Source: the human T2T-CHM13v2.0 reference genome, Homo sapiens. From it: DNA of 64,000 bases. The translations under genes and the position numbers were made by a program. The stretch is taken from assembly GCF_009914755.1 (NCBI RefSeq), contig NC_060941.1; one strand, given 5' to 3'. Shown here in pieces: positions 14,843-27,653 of the stretch. The notes beneath the pieces are model-generated. The model ran no database searches. It saw only the letters and a list, made by a program, of their open reading frames with translations, and was not told where the DNA came from. The number at the start of each line of letters is the position of its first letter. The first letter of the stretch is position 1.

Positions 14843-15887
14843 CTGTGAATTACAAGGTAAAAATAGACATAGAAAATTGTAAGAGTTTTGCCACAACATA
14901 ATGTGATATTCAACTGTTTCCCCATATAATTTCATTAGACTTAAATTAAAATCATTTTCCATTTAAATCAATTTTAACCCAAATGCAAGGGGGGAAATTT
15001 AATGGTTTAGATTCTACAGTCAGAAGACATGCATAAGAATTACATGTTTTATTTTCATAATGACAAGTATCAGGGCAAGTTTTAGGTACATAAAGAAAAA
15101 ATTGTGCCAAATTAAGTATGCATAAGAGAATGAGAGTACAAAAACAGAAGTAATTGTTGTAGTTACTATACAGTCAGGGATTCCTTATTTCAGATTTACT
15201 GAAGCAAAGACAATTTATATGACCTTTGCCTTCTGCAGAAAACAAGATTTTTTAAAAGTGACTCTATTTTCAATAGCCAGGAATTTCACTTGTCAGGAAT
15301 GGAGGATTAAAGAGTAAATAGCCAAATTGCACCCAATTTGCCCATGAATGAAATATGCATTTTGCTTATTTTGGTTACATCATAATGATCTCATTTAGAA
15401 TAAAGACTTTTAAAGATGTTTACTGATTGTACTATATTCAGAACAGAATAATCATCAGATTATTCATTTCTACTTTTCAAAGTTATGAAATTATTGTTCA
15501 ATAACCATGACCTATTTTATTTATTTAGATGTTTTTTTCCTGAGATACAAATCTTAATCATTGTATGCCATGTTAAAAACACACACAATTTTCAATTACT
15601 ATATTCCTTCTAGATACTATCCTGCAAATCTAAAAGTATAAATCTGGGTTTAGTTATATTCCAGTAGAAATATGGACCTCCCTAAACTGGACTCCCAACA
15701 AGCTGAAAATATTTCAAAGGCTAGTTGTTGTGAGAGAAAGCAATAATCTAACCAGATTTGTATGCTATTTTAGTACTTAAGTTATTAGCATAATATATGA
15801 CTGTAACTTCAAATTAATGTGTAGACAACTTATCAACAGTATATAGACATCTATCAGTAACTCTTTTTTTGCCATGAGTACACCTAC

Positions 15888-16092
15888 CTTTCAAAAGAGG
15901 AGCAAGTGCTGTTTTATTCATTATCTGCTGGGTTAAATTAGATATTGGTGTATACACAACCATTAAAGAAGAGCTATTAAATTTATCTACCCTTCCCAGA
16001 TTCTGAGGAGCCATTCCAGGAAACTGGACATTTCTCATGGAACTGGAAAACAGAGCAATACACAGTCCTAGAAGTATTGAGAGGCCCCATTC
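15888..16092 (-). CDS. ABCA6: ABCA6 coding exon (TM1, start of ECD1)
   Basis: cattacag|...AAG|gtaggt, 205 nt; EWGLSILLGLCIALFSSSMRNVQFPGMAPQ...APLLK. Confidence 0.95.
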
Positions 16093-16509
16093 CTGTAATG
16101 CATATAAAAAGAAAAATAATGAATTAAGGTTGCATTCACTTAAAGATCTCAGTTAATACAAAATACTGTTGAAAACAAATTCCAATTGTGCTATACAGTT
16201 ATGTTCTCTCTGCTCTCCAAGCCTCAGAGCATGGAGAATCAAATGAAAGATAAATACTGAGACAGTAGCCACATTTATCATTCTCTAATACTAGAACAAA
16301 ACTTTTGCATTAAATCATGAACTCCTGCAGAAGCCGTCATAGAAACTAATGGAGTGAATAACAGGATGACAATCTCTATATGCATGGGCAGCTGACTATA
16401 GAATTTATAAGACATGGAGTATCCTAGATAGAGTTTATGGTGGCAAATAGCAATATTTTTGCCAGTTGTCATATCCTTGTATTGTAAACTAAAGAAAATG
16501 AAAAGGAAC

Positions 16510-16915
16510 TGGCTGGTGGAGGCTACTACTATTGCTGTTCACCAATGTCAATCATCATTACCTCTTTGGCACCATGCTTGACTGCATTCTCAGCCTACTG
16601 AAATTAAGTGGAACCGAATGATTTCCTGGACCACAGGATATGGGCAGAAGTGATATGCACTACTTCCAGGCCTCGTTCATGGACATATACAACTTTCTAT
16701 ATTCTCACTGTCCTGGTCCCACTATTTCCTGATCTTTTGACTGAATGCATAGGATCCTCTAGAGGTCTTCAAGGTCCAAGATGGTGGCAGAGGTCCTGGA
16801 TGAAGCCTAGGTGCCTGAATGATTGTGTGGAGAAGATTTCTTCACCCACCCAACCTACTTTACTTCCACTCTCAACTTTCATTAGACCATGAGGAGTTAA
16901 AAATAAGCATTTGCT
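16510..16915 (+). mobile_element. MLT1-type LTR, interrupted by L1 (resumes ~18716-18760)
   Basis: MLT1-like body; its 3' end aataaacatttgctgtgttaagccactgagatttggg lies after the L1. Confidence 0.6.
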
Positions 16916-18714
<1,799 letters not shown>

Positions 18715-19199
18715 AAATAAACATTTGCTGTGTTAAGCCACTGAGATTTGGGCTAGTCATCTGTGATTAGCCCACCTGCTTGATGCAAACTGACTTTCAG
18801 TGGTGTTAGTTGATCATAATTCTTAAAAACAATTTTTGTGTAGAAAATTCATGTCCTTGAAAATAAATCCACAAAATTAAAATGTCTCCATTTCTTCTGA
18901 CAACATTTTTTTTGTACTTCTTGGCTCTAAGTGTATAACATTTGGTAGTAGCTCTAGCAGTTGCTGTAATTTACCATATAATTAAATGTTCACTTAATCT
19001 CTTTTTATATGAGGAATTCTTTTAGTCTTTAATAATTTTATGTTATTCTTCAGTCTCTCAATTCAACAAATACAACTAGAGAGAACTGGTAAAATCAATA
19101 AATCCCATCTACTAATTAAAAGAGAACATAAGAGAATCAGTAGGTAATGAAACACTGTAAGAGTGCTAACCGTGGAAAGAGACAAATTTTTAAACATAC

Positions 19200-19295
19200 C
19201 AATAAGCTCTCTCTTTTCATCCTCCATTTCTTAAGAAAATTCTTGCACAGAAGTGCTTTGGTTTGCTGATACACGCTTTTCTGTTTCATATTCAT
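19200..19295 (-). CDS. ABCA6: ABCA6 first coding exon (whole exon 19200-19340, 45 nt UTR)
   Basis: ATG at 19295; [32 protein letters not shown]; acceptor ttttttctag| at 19340, donor TTG|gtatgt. Confidence 0.95.
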
Positions 19296-20336
19296 TTAGC
19301 CTATTCGCTGAAGGAGAAAGTAATCATGGTGGAACACAACCTAGAAAAAAATAAGTGTAATAAGAAAAACCTTGATCATAGTGTTGAGGAAAATATTTAC
19401 TACCTTTAAAAAGTGTAAACATGAATTTAAAATATTATTTCAATAATTTATGACTGTAAAATTTCACCTCAAATATTTCACCTTAAGCTTTTTAGGGGAG
19501 TGGGTGATGGTGGGAAGGCAGAGTGATTATTATCACAATTTTGCAATAACTTGGAGTACTGAAATGGAAAAGCTGTAATTCAACTTCAGAACCTATAATT
19601 TCACATTTTTGGCCTTGTATGAGAGAACTTTAAGTACATGAATAGAGTGATTAAATTAATTTCATCCTGTTAATAGCCATTTCTTGTTCTTTACATTTAA
19701 ACAGAAATCTCAGAGCTAATCAAATTAACATCAAAAGTCTGATTACTTAAATTTGTCTGAATAATAAATTACATCCACTAGATACAACCTCAATAAAGTG
19801 TTTTCTTGTAATTTTACCTTCAGATTGAATCAACTTTTATGAAAAGAGATAGGTTGTAAATCATAATCCAGGCTCAAACTACTTGAAACTTGATTCTGAG
19901 ATACAGGAAGAATAAAGCAATTTCTCTCAATTTTCTGAATTCAGAAGTCCCTGAATAACTAATGAAACTACAAAATTAGCTTTAAAAGAAGCAAAAATAA
20001 ATCACACGGGAAAGTAATTTTGCCCAAAGATTTGCAAATCAAGAAACACAATTTTTTTCGTTTCTGTAACCTCAAAATGAAATTCTTTCATATTTTTACA
20101 TCAAAATATTCAGATAATTCTCCCTCAGCTAGCACAGAAGCAAATTTTTTCCATTTTTCTATGTCTTACTGTTACAATCTACACAATAAAAAGTGGTTGG
20201 GAAAAAGCAGAAAAATTTAGTCTTAGGTCTTTAACATAAAACACATAAGAATTGGGAAACATCTGAAAAATAGATTGATTTTAGCAGTGTCCACCCACAT
20301 ATTTGGCACAGCACAACAAAATAGAGCTTTACTTAC

Positions 20337-20490
20337 TGTCAGGAAAATAATAAAAAGCACTCTAGAAACACTGTCAAAACCAGTTCTCTGTTTGTCTAGG
20401 TAACGATTACAACTTCTTTATTGCTGCTTCTTCATTTTTTCTTTAAATGGGTGCCTACTCCAGCAGCTCTTACACAGCCTGGTTTCTGAA
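20337..20490 (-). other. ABCA6: ABCA6 probable non-coding first exon (5' UTR)
   Basis: Donor GACA|gtaagt at 20337/20336 upstream of the exon-2 acceptor; sequence resembles the recalled ABCA6 5' UTR; 5' end approximate. Confidence 0.75.
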
Positions 20491-20519
20491 AAGGGGTGTA
20501 GCCAGACCAAGCTGTACAT

Positions 20520-20825
20520 GATGAACTTGTTTTGTTTTCTGTGTCTCTTTCTCCCTAAGCCAATTATTCTGCAAGGAAATGACTGTTCTGTGGTTGGTTG
20601 GGAATAAAATAAACTCTGTGTTTGTTCACTTAGCCTTTCAACTACAGGGATAAGGGGGAAAACGGTAAACAAGGAAAATGGAACTAGTTCTTCAGAAATG
20701 ATGAGACCAAGATGGAGGCAGGAACAAGAAAGAGTAAAAACAATAACTAACCAAACAAAGCAGTTAAATTTGTATAAGAAATCTGTATCTATTTTCTTTT
20801 CACTACTGATGAATAAACACAACTG
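20520..20825 (-). promoter_or_regulatory. ABCA6 proximal promoter with forkhead (FoxO/FoxA-type) motifs
   Basis: Directly upstream of the first exon; GTAAACAA at 20665-20672 plus TGTTT/AAACA cores near 20528, 20620, 20813; no CpG island. Confidence 0.5.
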
Positions 20826-21344
20826 CCAGTTAGTTGTATATTTAACTAATTCAGACTAAGTTAGCAGAGTATTCTGGAGCTGATTTTTTTTCCTAATAAA
20901 GCTAAGCAATCCATAGTACGCCTTGGAGAAACTCCTAGGACAGACAAATGAAGAATTTTTAACAAATTTGTTGCTCCCACCCTCTTCACAGTGGATACAG
21001 GATTTCATAATACATATGAACAAAATAAGCCAGTGGTTTGCCCAGGTCTACAAAACATATAAAAAGATTCAGATAAATTTTTGTGCACGAAGACTACAAC
21101 AAACTGAAACATGTTTAATTCATATAGCATAGTCTGTCTCTCTCTGCTCTGTAAAGAGTTGCAAACTTTTCTTGACCTGCCACAGTGAATGGCAAAACAG
21201 GAAATCAAAGTCCATGAATTGGGAAATCTCAAATATTTGACACGGCTCCCAATCCACAGATGTTAATAATCATAAAGCTGAGAAACTTTCTGGAGCAAAG
21301 CAGATAATTTAAACAACAATGACAACTAAAGCCATGATACTATT

Positions 21345-21422
21345 ATGTGTATATGTGTGTGCCTGTGTGTATATATATAAAATGTATATATATATAATGT
21401 ATACATATGTGTATATATATAA

Positions 21423-21463
<41 letters not shown>
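21345..21463. repeat. (TG)n/(TA)n compound microsatellite
   Basis: Direct reading. Confidence 0.9.
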
Positions 21464-21464
<1 letters not shown>

Positions 21465-22409
21465 AAATTTCTCTCCTTGGCAATTACTTCTGTTTTTAAA
21501 AATAGTCAACAGTGAAATGCCACTTTTTTTACATTGAAAATTGGCACAAACACCGTTAATAAAGGTGTTCTAAAGTTCTCATGGGGTGTGGGAAGGGAGG
21601 TCATAAACACTTAACATTTTGTAATAGTAATATAACAAAACTCAAAGTTACTTTTAAACCACCTGGAATACAGTTAAGGCTTTTATGAATTTTTTTGTTG
21701 TTATCATTGTTTTAGACCCTTTATACTTTATTTTAGGAATCATTTTCATTCTGCCATTCTTATAATTGTATTAAAATTCACAGCTACAATATCAATGATA
21801 ATTATTTAGATTAAATATATTTATTAGTTTCATTTCTTACCATTGTTTCTTGTGTATGCTTTCTTTTCCTTTTTCTTGACCTGTTTCCTCTTACTTATTT
21901 TCATTTTGGGAGGCTGTTTTCCTTACGTAATGTGACAATTTCCCCACAAATGGTGATCTAATATACTAAAGTGCCCAGCCTCCAGCTAGAAGGGCATGGA
22001 AGTGGTGGGTAAAATATATCCCCAAATTGAATTTCCAATATATAGTCAAATTCAAAAAAGGAAGAAAAAAGATGAAGAATGTAAACAACAATGGAAGAAA
22101 CAAAAAAAGACAGAAAGACATGTTTCCAGGTGTTAAAACTGAAAAGGAATTTAAAGTTTCCCTTAAGTTGTGAGTGGCATTTCAGACACTCCATCAGTTC
22201 AAGGATATACTGGACTGAAAACCAAGCCTCAGGTGTTTTAATGACCCTCTGGCCTGAACTTGGTCCTTGAAAGGTTGGTAAGCTGGAGTTCATATTCCTG
22301 CAGGAATCCAGAGGGTTTATAGGACTGTCCGGTGCTAAAAACAGACTAGGAAAATTTCACCTACAACCTCAGGGGAGAGCAAAGCTGTATTCTCTGCCCA
22401 ATTTCTGGA

Positions 22410-22427
22410 AGACAGACAGACAGATAG

Positions 22428-22480
<53 letters not shown>
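22410..22480. repeat. (GACA)n(GATA)n tetranucleotide STR
   Basis: About 13 GATA units. Confidence 0.95.
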
Positions 22481-22579
22481 CGCCCATAGAAAATGAAACC
22501 ACAAAGTATGTAGAGCATGTATCAGGTACAAGAGACAGGAGAAGGATCTGAATTTATTCTCCCAGTATAATAACCTGTC

Positions 22580-22830
22580 CAGAGATGTATTACAGGAGTT
22601 AGTGTAAACACTCTGGAGCCAAACTTGTGTCCAAATTCTGGCTCTGCCATGTACTAGCTGTGTGACCTTGCACAATCCATTTAACTCTCACGCCCTCAGG
22701 TTTTTTACCCCCCAAAAGTGGAAAAACAACAGTATTAATATATATATAAGGTTATTGTAGGGGTTAAATTCATCTATGTAAGTACATAGAAAAATGAGGG
22801 AAAATTGTAAAAGCTCAAAAAATGTTATTT
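22580..22830 (+). mobile_element. MIR SINE
   Basis: ctggctctgccatgtactagctgtgtgaccttg core. Confidence 0.7.
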
Positions 22831-23344
22831 GCTGTTACTTCCCCTCCTCCTCCTCCTCCTTCCTCCTCTTCCTCCCTCCTCCTCTTACTATCCTGGAGTG
22901 TCACAGAGAAAACACAAAAATTCCATAAAGATACATCCAAATTTCAGAACACAAAGCAACAGAGGTAAAAGAAATATTCCTCCCAGAAGATAAACTCATA
23001 ATCAAAAGTCTAACATGAAAACAAATCAGTAGGACAAACAAATGAGACTATTAGAAAACTTAAGAACTAAGGGGGAAATTATTGTGAGCTAAGCAAGCTC
23101 TCTCAAATGTGACTAATACAAAATTCTAAGTAGTAGTATTTTTAAGATCTTCCCTTTTTTTTAATAATTATGTGTGTTTCTTTGGGGAACTTTGCTGATT
23201 ATCGCACTTGGATTGATCATTCTGTAGTCTAATTTTTCTCATCTGGCCAATGATTTTTTCCCATTAATGACCAATATTAAAGAAGTCTAGATTCATCAGC
23301 ATGGTGCTTGGACTCTGTTGGCCATTGATTAGGTCAGTAATAAT

Positions 23345-23520
23345 TTCTCCTTCCTTCTTTTTCTTTCTCTTTTTTCTTTTCTTTCTTTCCTTTCTTTCTC
23401 TTTTCTTTTCTTTCTCCCTCCTCCCTCCTCCCTTCCTTCCTTCCTTCCCTTTCTTCTTTTTCCTTTTTTTTTTTCCTGACAGGCTAACCCCTTTTTTCCT
23501 TCCCCTTCATTTCTCTTTGT
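23345..23520. repeat. Polypyrimidine (CT-rich) low-complexity tract
   Basis: Direct reading. Confidence 0.9.
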
Positions 23521-24179
23521 AAGACAGATACAAGGTTCACCAGAAACAAAAGTCCTCTTCACTTCAGTTACTACCACAGCCTGGAGATGGTTTTGGCTGA
23601 GTAGCCAGGGTTCTTGGTAGGACTTTTTTCTTTCTGGGTGACCCCCTAGACTGGTTGCAAGTGAAAAAAACACAACAACAAAATGAAACCACATGGTAGA
23701 ATGATCATGAGGCTGAGCATTTTCTTCCTTGACTAAACTCTCTGTTCTGTTCAGTGATATTACAGGCTTTCCCTTAGCTGGATCATGATTTCATAAGTCC
23801 CCCAGCCAAGGTCGAAGAATGCAATATGGGCTTTCAAATTTCTCTTCACTTTCCACCTTTCCCAATCTAATCACAGATTGGAGCAGTATGTGCTAGCTCC
23901 TGGCATCTTTCTTTAGTCTACTAAATAATTATTTGGGATGCTAACAATGTTATAATAAGAGCCTGGGACCTTTCTTAGTTCCATTTTAGCTGTATATTTC
24001 TGCCATTTTTTTTTGTTTATAGAAATGGGCACTTCACTTGGCATTACTGCCAACAGTCTCTAATTTCTTCCTCTCTGGGGAAATTTCTGGACAGCTAGGG
24101 ATGGAATGCATTGGTACAACTCCACACAATGACCCAGACATTCTAGGAATATATTTGAAGTGATTACATAGATAATTGC

Positions 24180-25044
24180 TGTAATGGTTAATACCCAGTG
24201 TCAACTTGATTGGATTGAAAGACACAAAGTACTGATCCTGGGTGTCTCTGTAAGGGTGTTGCCAAAGGAGATTAAAACTTGAGTCAGTGGGCTGGGAAGG
24301 GCAGACCCACTCCTAATCTGGGTAGGCACCATCTAATCAGCTGCCAGCTCGGCCAGAATAAAAAGCAGGCAGAAAAACGTGAAAAAGCTAGACTGGCTTA
24401 GCCTCACAGCCTACATCTTTCTCCTGTGCTGGATGCTTCCTGCCCTCAAATATGGGACTCCAAGTTTCTTCAGCTTTGGGACTCGGACTGGCTTCCTTGC
24501 TCCTCAGCTTGCAGACAGCCTATTGTGGGACCTTGTGATTGTATTAGTTAATATTACTAAATAAACTCCCATATATATATATATCCCAGATATATATATC
24601 TCCCATATATATAAACTCCCATATATAATAATATATATGAGTATATACACATATGGAATATACACATATGGAATATACACATATGGAATATATATACATG
24701 GAATATATATACATGGAATATATATATATGGAATATATATATACGGAATATAAATACACGGAATATATATACGGAATATATATATACGGAATATATATAT
24801 ACGGAATATATATATATACAGAATATATATATACGGAATATATATATACGGAATATATATATATGGAATATATATATGGAATATATAATATGGAATATAT
24901 ATATGGAATATATATATGGAATATATAATATGGAATATATATATGGAATATATAATATGGAATATATATATATGGAATATATATATATATATGGAAAAAT
25001 GTTGCATGTGTATCTTTGGCAGGGTTCTCTAGAGGGACAGAACT
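24180..25044 (+). mobile_element. MLT2A (ERVL) solo LTR with expanded internal array and inverted 3' end
   Basis: tgtaatggttaatac...gtcaacttgattggattgaa 5' end; the 3' terminal motif is present as reverse complement at ~25009-25044. Confidence 0.85.
24570..24993. repeat. (TA)nGGAA minisatellite
   Basis: Many copies of an ~12-16 nt GGAATATATATAT(A/AC) unit. Confidence 0.95.
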
Positions 25045-26119
25045 TCTGCAGCATTGTTTCTAACAGGAAAACTGAGAAACAACCTGTATATCTTTCAATT
25101 TATTCTCAACTAAAAAGTTTTGGTACATCCAAACACTGAAATACTACATACACACTACAAAAAAAAAAAACTGACTTAAACTGACATAGGTATACAATAA
25201 ACAAGGAAGGTGTGATGTTCGTAGTATGATGTTAAGTAATTATATAATAGTAGATATAATATTATCCTGTGTGTATATGATAGAAAAATGTATTAGCTAA
25301 GAAAGAGTATTTTCCAGTTTAGATTGTATAAATACTATAATTTTTATGGCAAAACATATAAGATTTTAAAAATTATATTTTTTAAAGTTAAATGAATGGA
25401 ATTCTCCACTTTGACAATTTTTAAGTGTACAATTCAGTGACATTAATTGCATTCACAAAATTGTGCAACCAGCACCACTGTCTAGTTCTCAAATTTTTCA
25501 TCAACCCAAACAGGAATTCTGTAACCATTAAGTGATAACTCCCACTCTCTCCTCCCCCTAGCCGCTAGTAATTTTTAATTTCTTTCTGCCTCAGGGAATG
25601 TGCCTAATTTATTAATAGATATTCCATATGAATGTAAGCATACAATATTTTTCCTTCTGTGTCTGATTTCAAGCAAATTTTGTTTTATTATATTTTTGCC
25701 ACAATAAAAAAAATTAAATGGATTGAGACACTGAGAATTTATGGGCAATAACTGTATATTCATTTTATTTGCAACAGTTGTTTTTTTTTTTTTTTTGCCC
25801 AATCTAACACAATCCTGCTAAATTTTCTGATTCATTTGCTTCTGTATTCATCCAATCAATGTTTCATATTGCTCTGCTGCAAAATCTGCTTGTTGGAAGC
25901 ATGTGAAAGTCAGCAACTGCATGTCAGCTCTGCTTCCATCAGGCCTATCTTCTTACCGCTGCTTCTGACTTTAGGGTGGTTTCTGTGGCAGTGGTCCTCC
26001 TGTCACTTTTGGAACAAGACACATTTTGCATTGAAGTTGTTGCTTGCCTGACGTCCTATCTTCCCAGGTGTTTCACAGGACACTTTTAGGCTGACTTTTT
26101 CAGTTGGGATTCTGAAACC

Positions 26120-26450
26120 ACAGGTTGTACAAGAAGCGTGGTGCCAATATCTGCATCCAGTGAGGCCTCACACTGCTTCTACTTGGCAGAGGTGAAGTGG
26201 AGCCAGCATGTGCAAAGATCACATGGTGAGAGAGGCAGAGAGAGGGAGAAGATGCCAGGCTCTTTTTAACTACCAGTTCCCCTGGGAACTAACAGAGTGA
26301 GCACTCACTCATAATTGCAAGGACAGCACCAAGCAATCCATGAGGGATACATCCCTATGACCCAAACACCTCCCACTGGGCCCCACCTCCAACACTGGGA
26401 ATCAAGTTTCAACATGAGATTCACAGGGTCAAATATCCAAATGATAGCAG
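26120..26450 (-). mobile_element. MST-type MaLR LTR (partial)
   Basis: cacctcccactgggccccacctccaacactgggaatcaagtttcaacatgag...atagca. Confidence 0.8.
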
Positions 26451-26587
26451 ATGGATAGTGACTTTTTTTTACAGGTCAGAGAATAAAGTTATATGGATCT
26501 TACAGAAGAGAGAGAACCATCAGTTGATATCTTAACCACTTACCTTAAGACTCTAATGAACAAAACATAAGAAAAGTCCATCAAAGT

Positions 26588-26593
26588 TTTATT
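26588..26593 (-). terminator. Candidate ABCA10 polyadenylation signal AATAAA
   Basis: tttatt on + strand ~800 nt after the stop; other AATAAA copies near 27061, 27090 and 27281 are alternative sites. Confidence 0.5.
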
Positions 26594-27391
26594 TCTAAGA
26601 AATAAACTTGCATATAACCCAAACGTAACAACTCTGGTATTACATCAATACAGCTATAACATTAATGCAGCAATTATATAACACAAAAGTGCTATAATGA
26701 CATGGGAAATGTTCATGAACTGTGAGGTGAAAAGATACAGAAAATGACTATGCCTACTGATACTACCTTTGAAAAAGGATCCATAAAAAATACATTGAAT
26801 ATAAGTTGGCTAAAGAAAATATTAACTGCGGTACTTTCTTACAGATTATGGCTATCTTCTTCCATATAACTTCAATATGTACTAAAATTCACATGCATTT
26901 ATTTTATAATCAGAATGTCATTATAATTAAATGTTATGCTGTGCCATTTCATCAGTTTATCAGACCTTCTTATAGTCAATGTCACATTAAATTAGAATCC
27001 GAGTAAATAATGTTTAAAAATAGCTGATACATTTGAAGTTCAGGCTAAAAAACTCATATTTTTATTTGTAAAATGTTCTCAGTGTTAGCTTTATTGATAA
27101 TAACCGAAAACCAACCTAATATTGTATGATTTTTAAATTATTTTTAAGCACAAAATAGACCCATGTTGGGGATGAATAACATGTCTGATTTTGTTAATTT
27201 TGTCTACTACTTTTCCCTATATTTCCTTGTTTCCTTCATCCTAAATTTTTAAAAATGAAAACTGTAATCATTATTGAATGTTTATTAAATGTTTTCTTTT
27301 GTTAACTTAAGTAAAAGGAAACATTCTTGTAGAATTATGGAAACTAACAATGTAGTAGGACCTAAAATTGAATGTTAGGAGGTTCTTCATT

Positions 27392-27490
27392 TTAAGGGTC
27401 TTCCTGTGGGAGAAGTTTCCATTCAACTGTTGTATCAATTTTATCATCAACATTTCCCAGCTCCTGCTCTTTACAGAGTTCTAAGAATAC
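27392..27490 (-). CDS. ABCA10: ABCA10 terminal coding exon (CDS part)
   Basis: tcttacttag|; [32 protein letters not shown]; TAA at 27394-27392. Confidence 0.93.
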   Translation of the reverse strand, partial: VFLELCKEQELGNVDDKIDTTVEWKLLPQEDP

Positions 27491-27597
27491 CTAAGTAAGA
27501 GAAAATAAAAAAGATACAAAAATGTCAGGGTGTGTCTGAAAGATGGATTCACACAGAGGTCATCTGGATGGTGCTCACTCGTTCAATGAAAACCCAC

Positions 27598-27653
27598 CTG
27601 CTCCAAGGTAGCCTGAGAGAGGCTGTATTCCTCCAGGTTGAAGGTCTGTTTCA
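27598..27653 (-). CDS. ABCA10: ABCA10 coding exon
   Basis: catgcag|...CAG|gtgggt, 56 nt; KQTFNLEEYSLSQATLEQ. Confidence 0.93.

Noticed and set aside
20418-20822. 134-aa minus-strand ORF over the ABCA6 promoter
   Set aside because: Starts upstream of the presumed TSS with a non-ATG codon and has no recognisable homology; only its last codons matter as a uORF.
23301-23694. Phe-rich and Lys/Arg/Glu-rich ORFs
   Set aside because: Artefacts of the polypyrimidine tract.
24504-25139. Long Ile/Tyr-rich ORFs (up to 167 aa) and CRISPR-like periodicity
   Set aside because: Translations of the (TA)nGGAA minisatellite; no unique spacers, and the context is eukaryotic.
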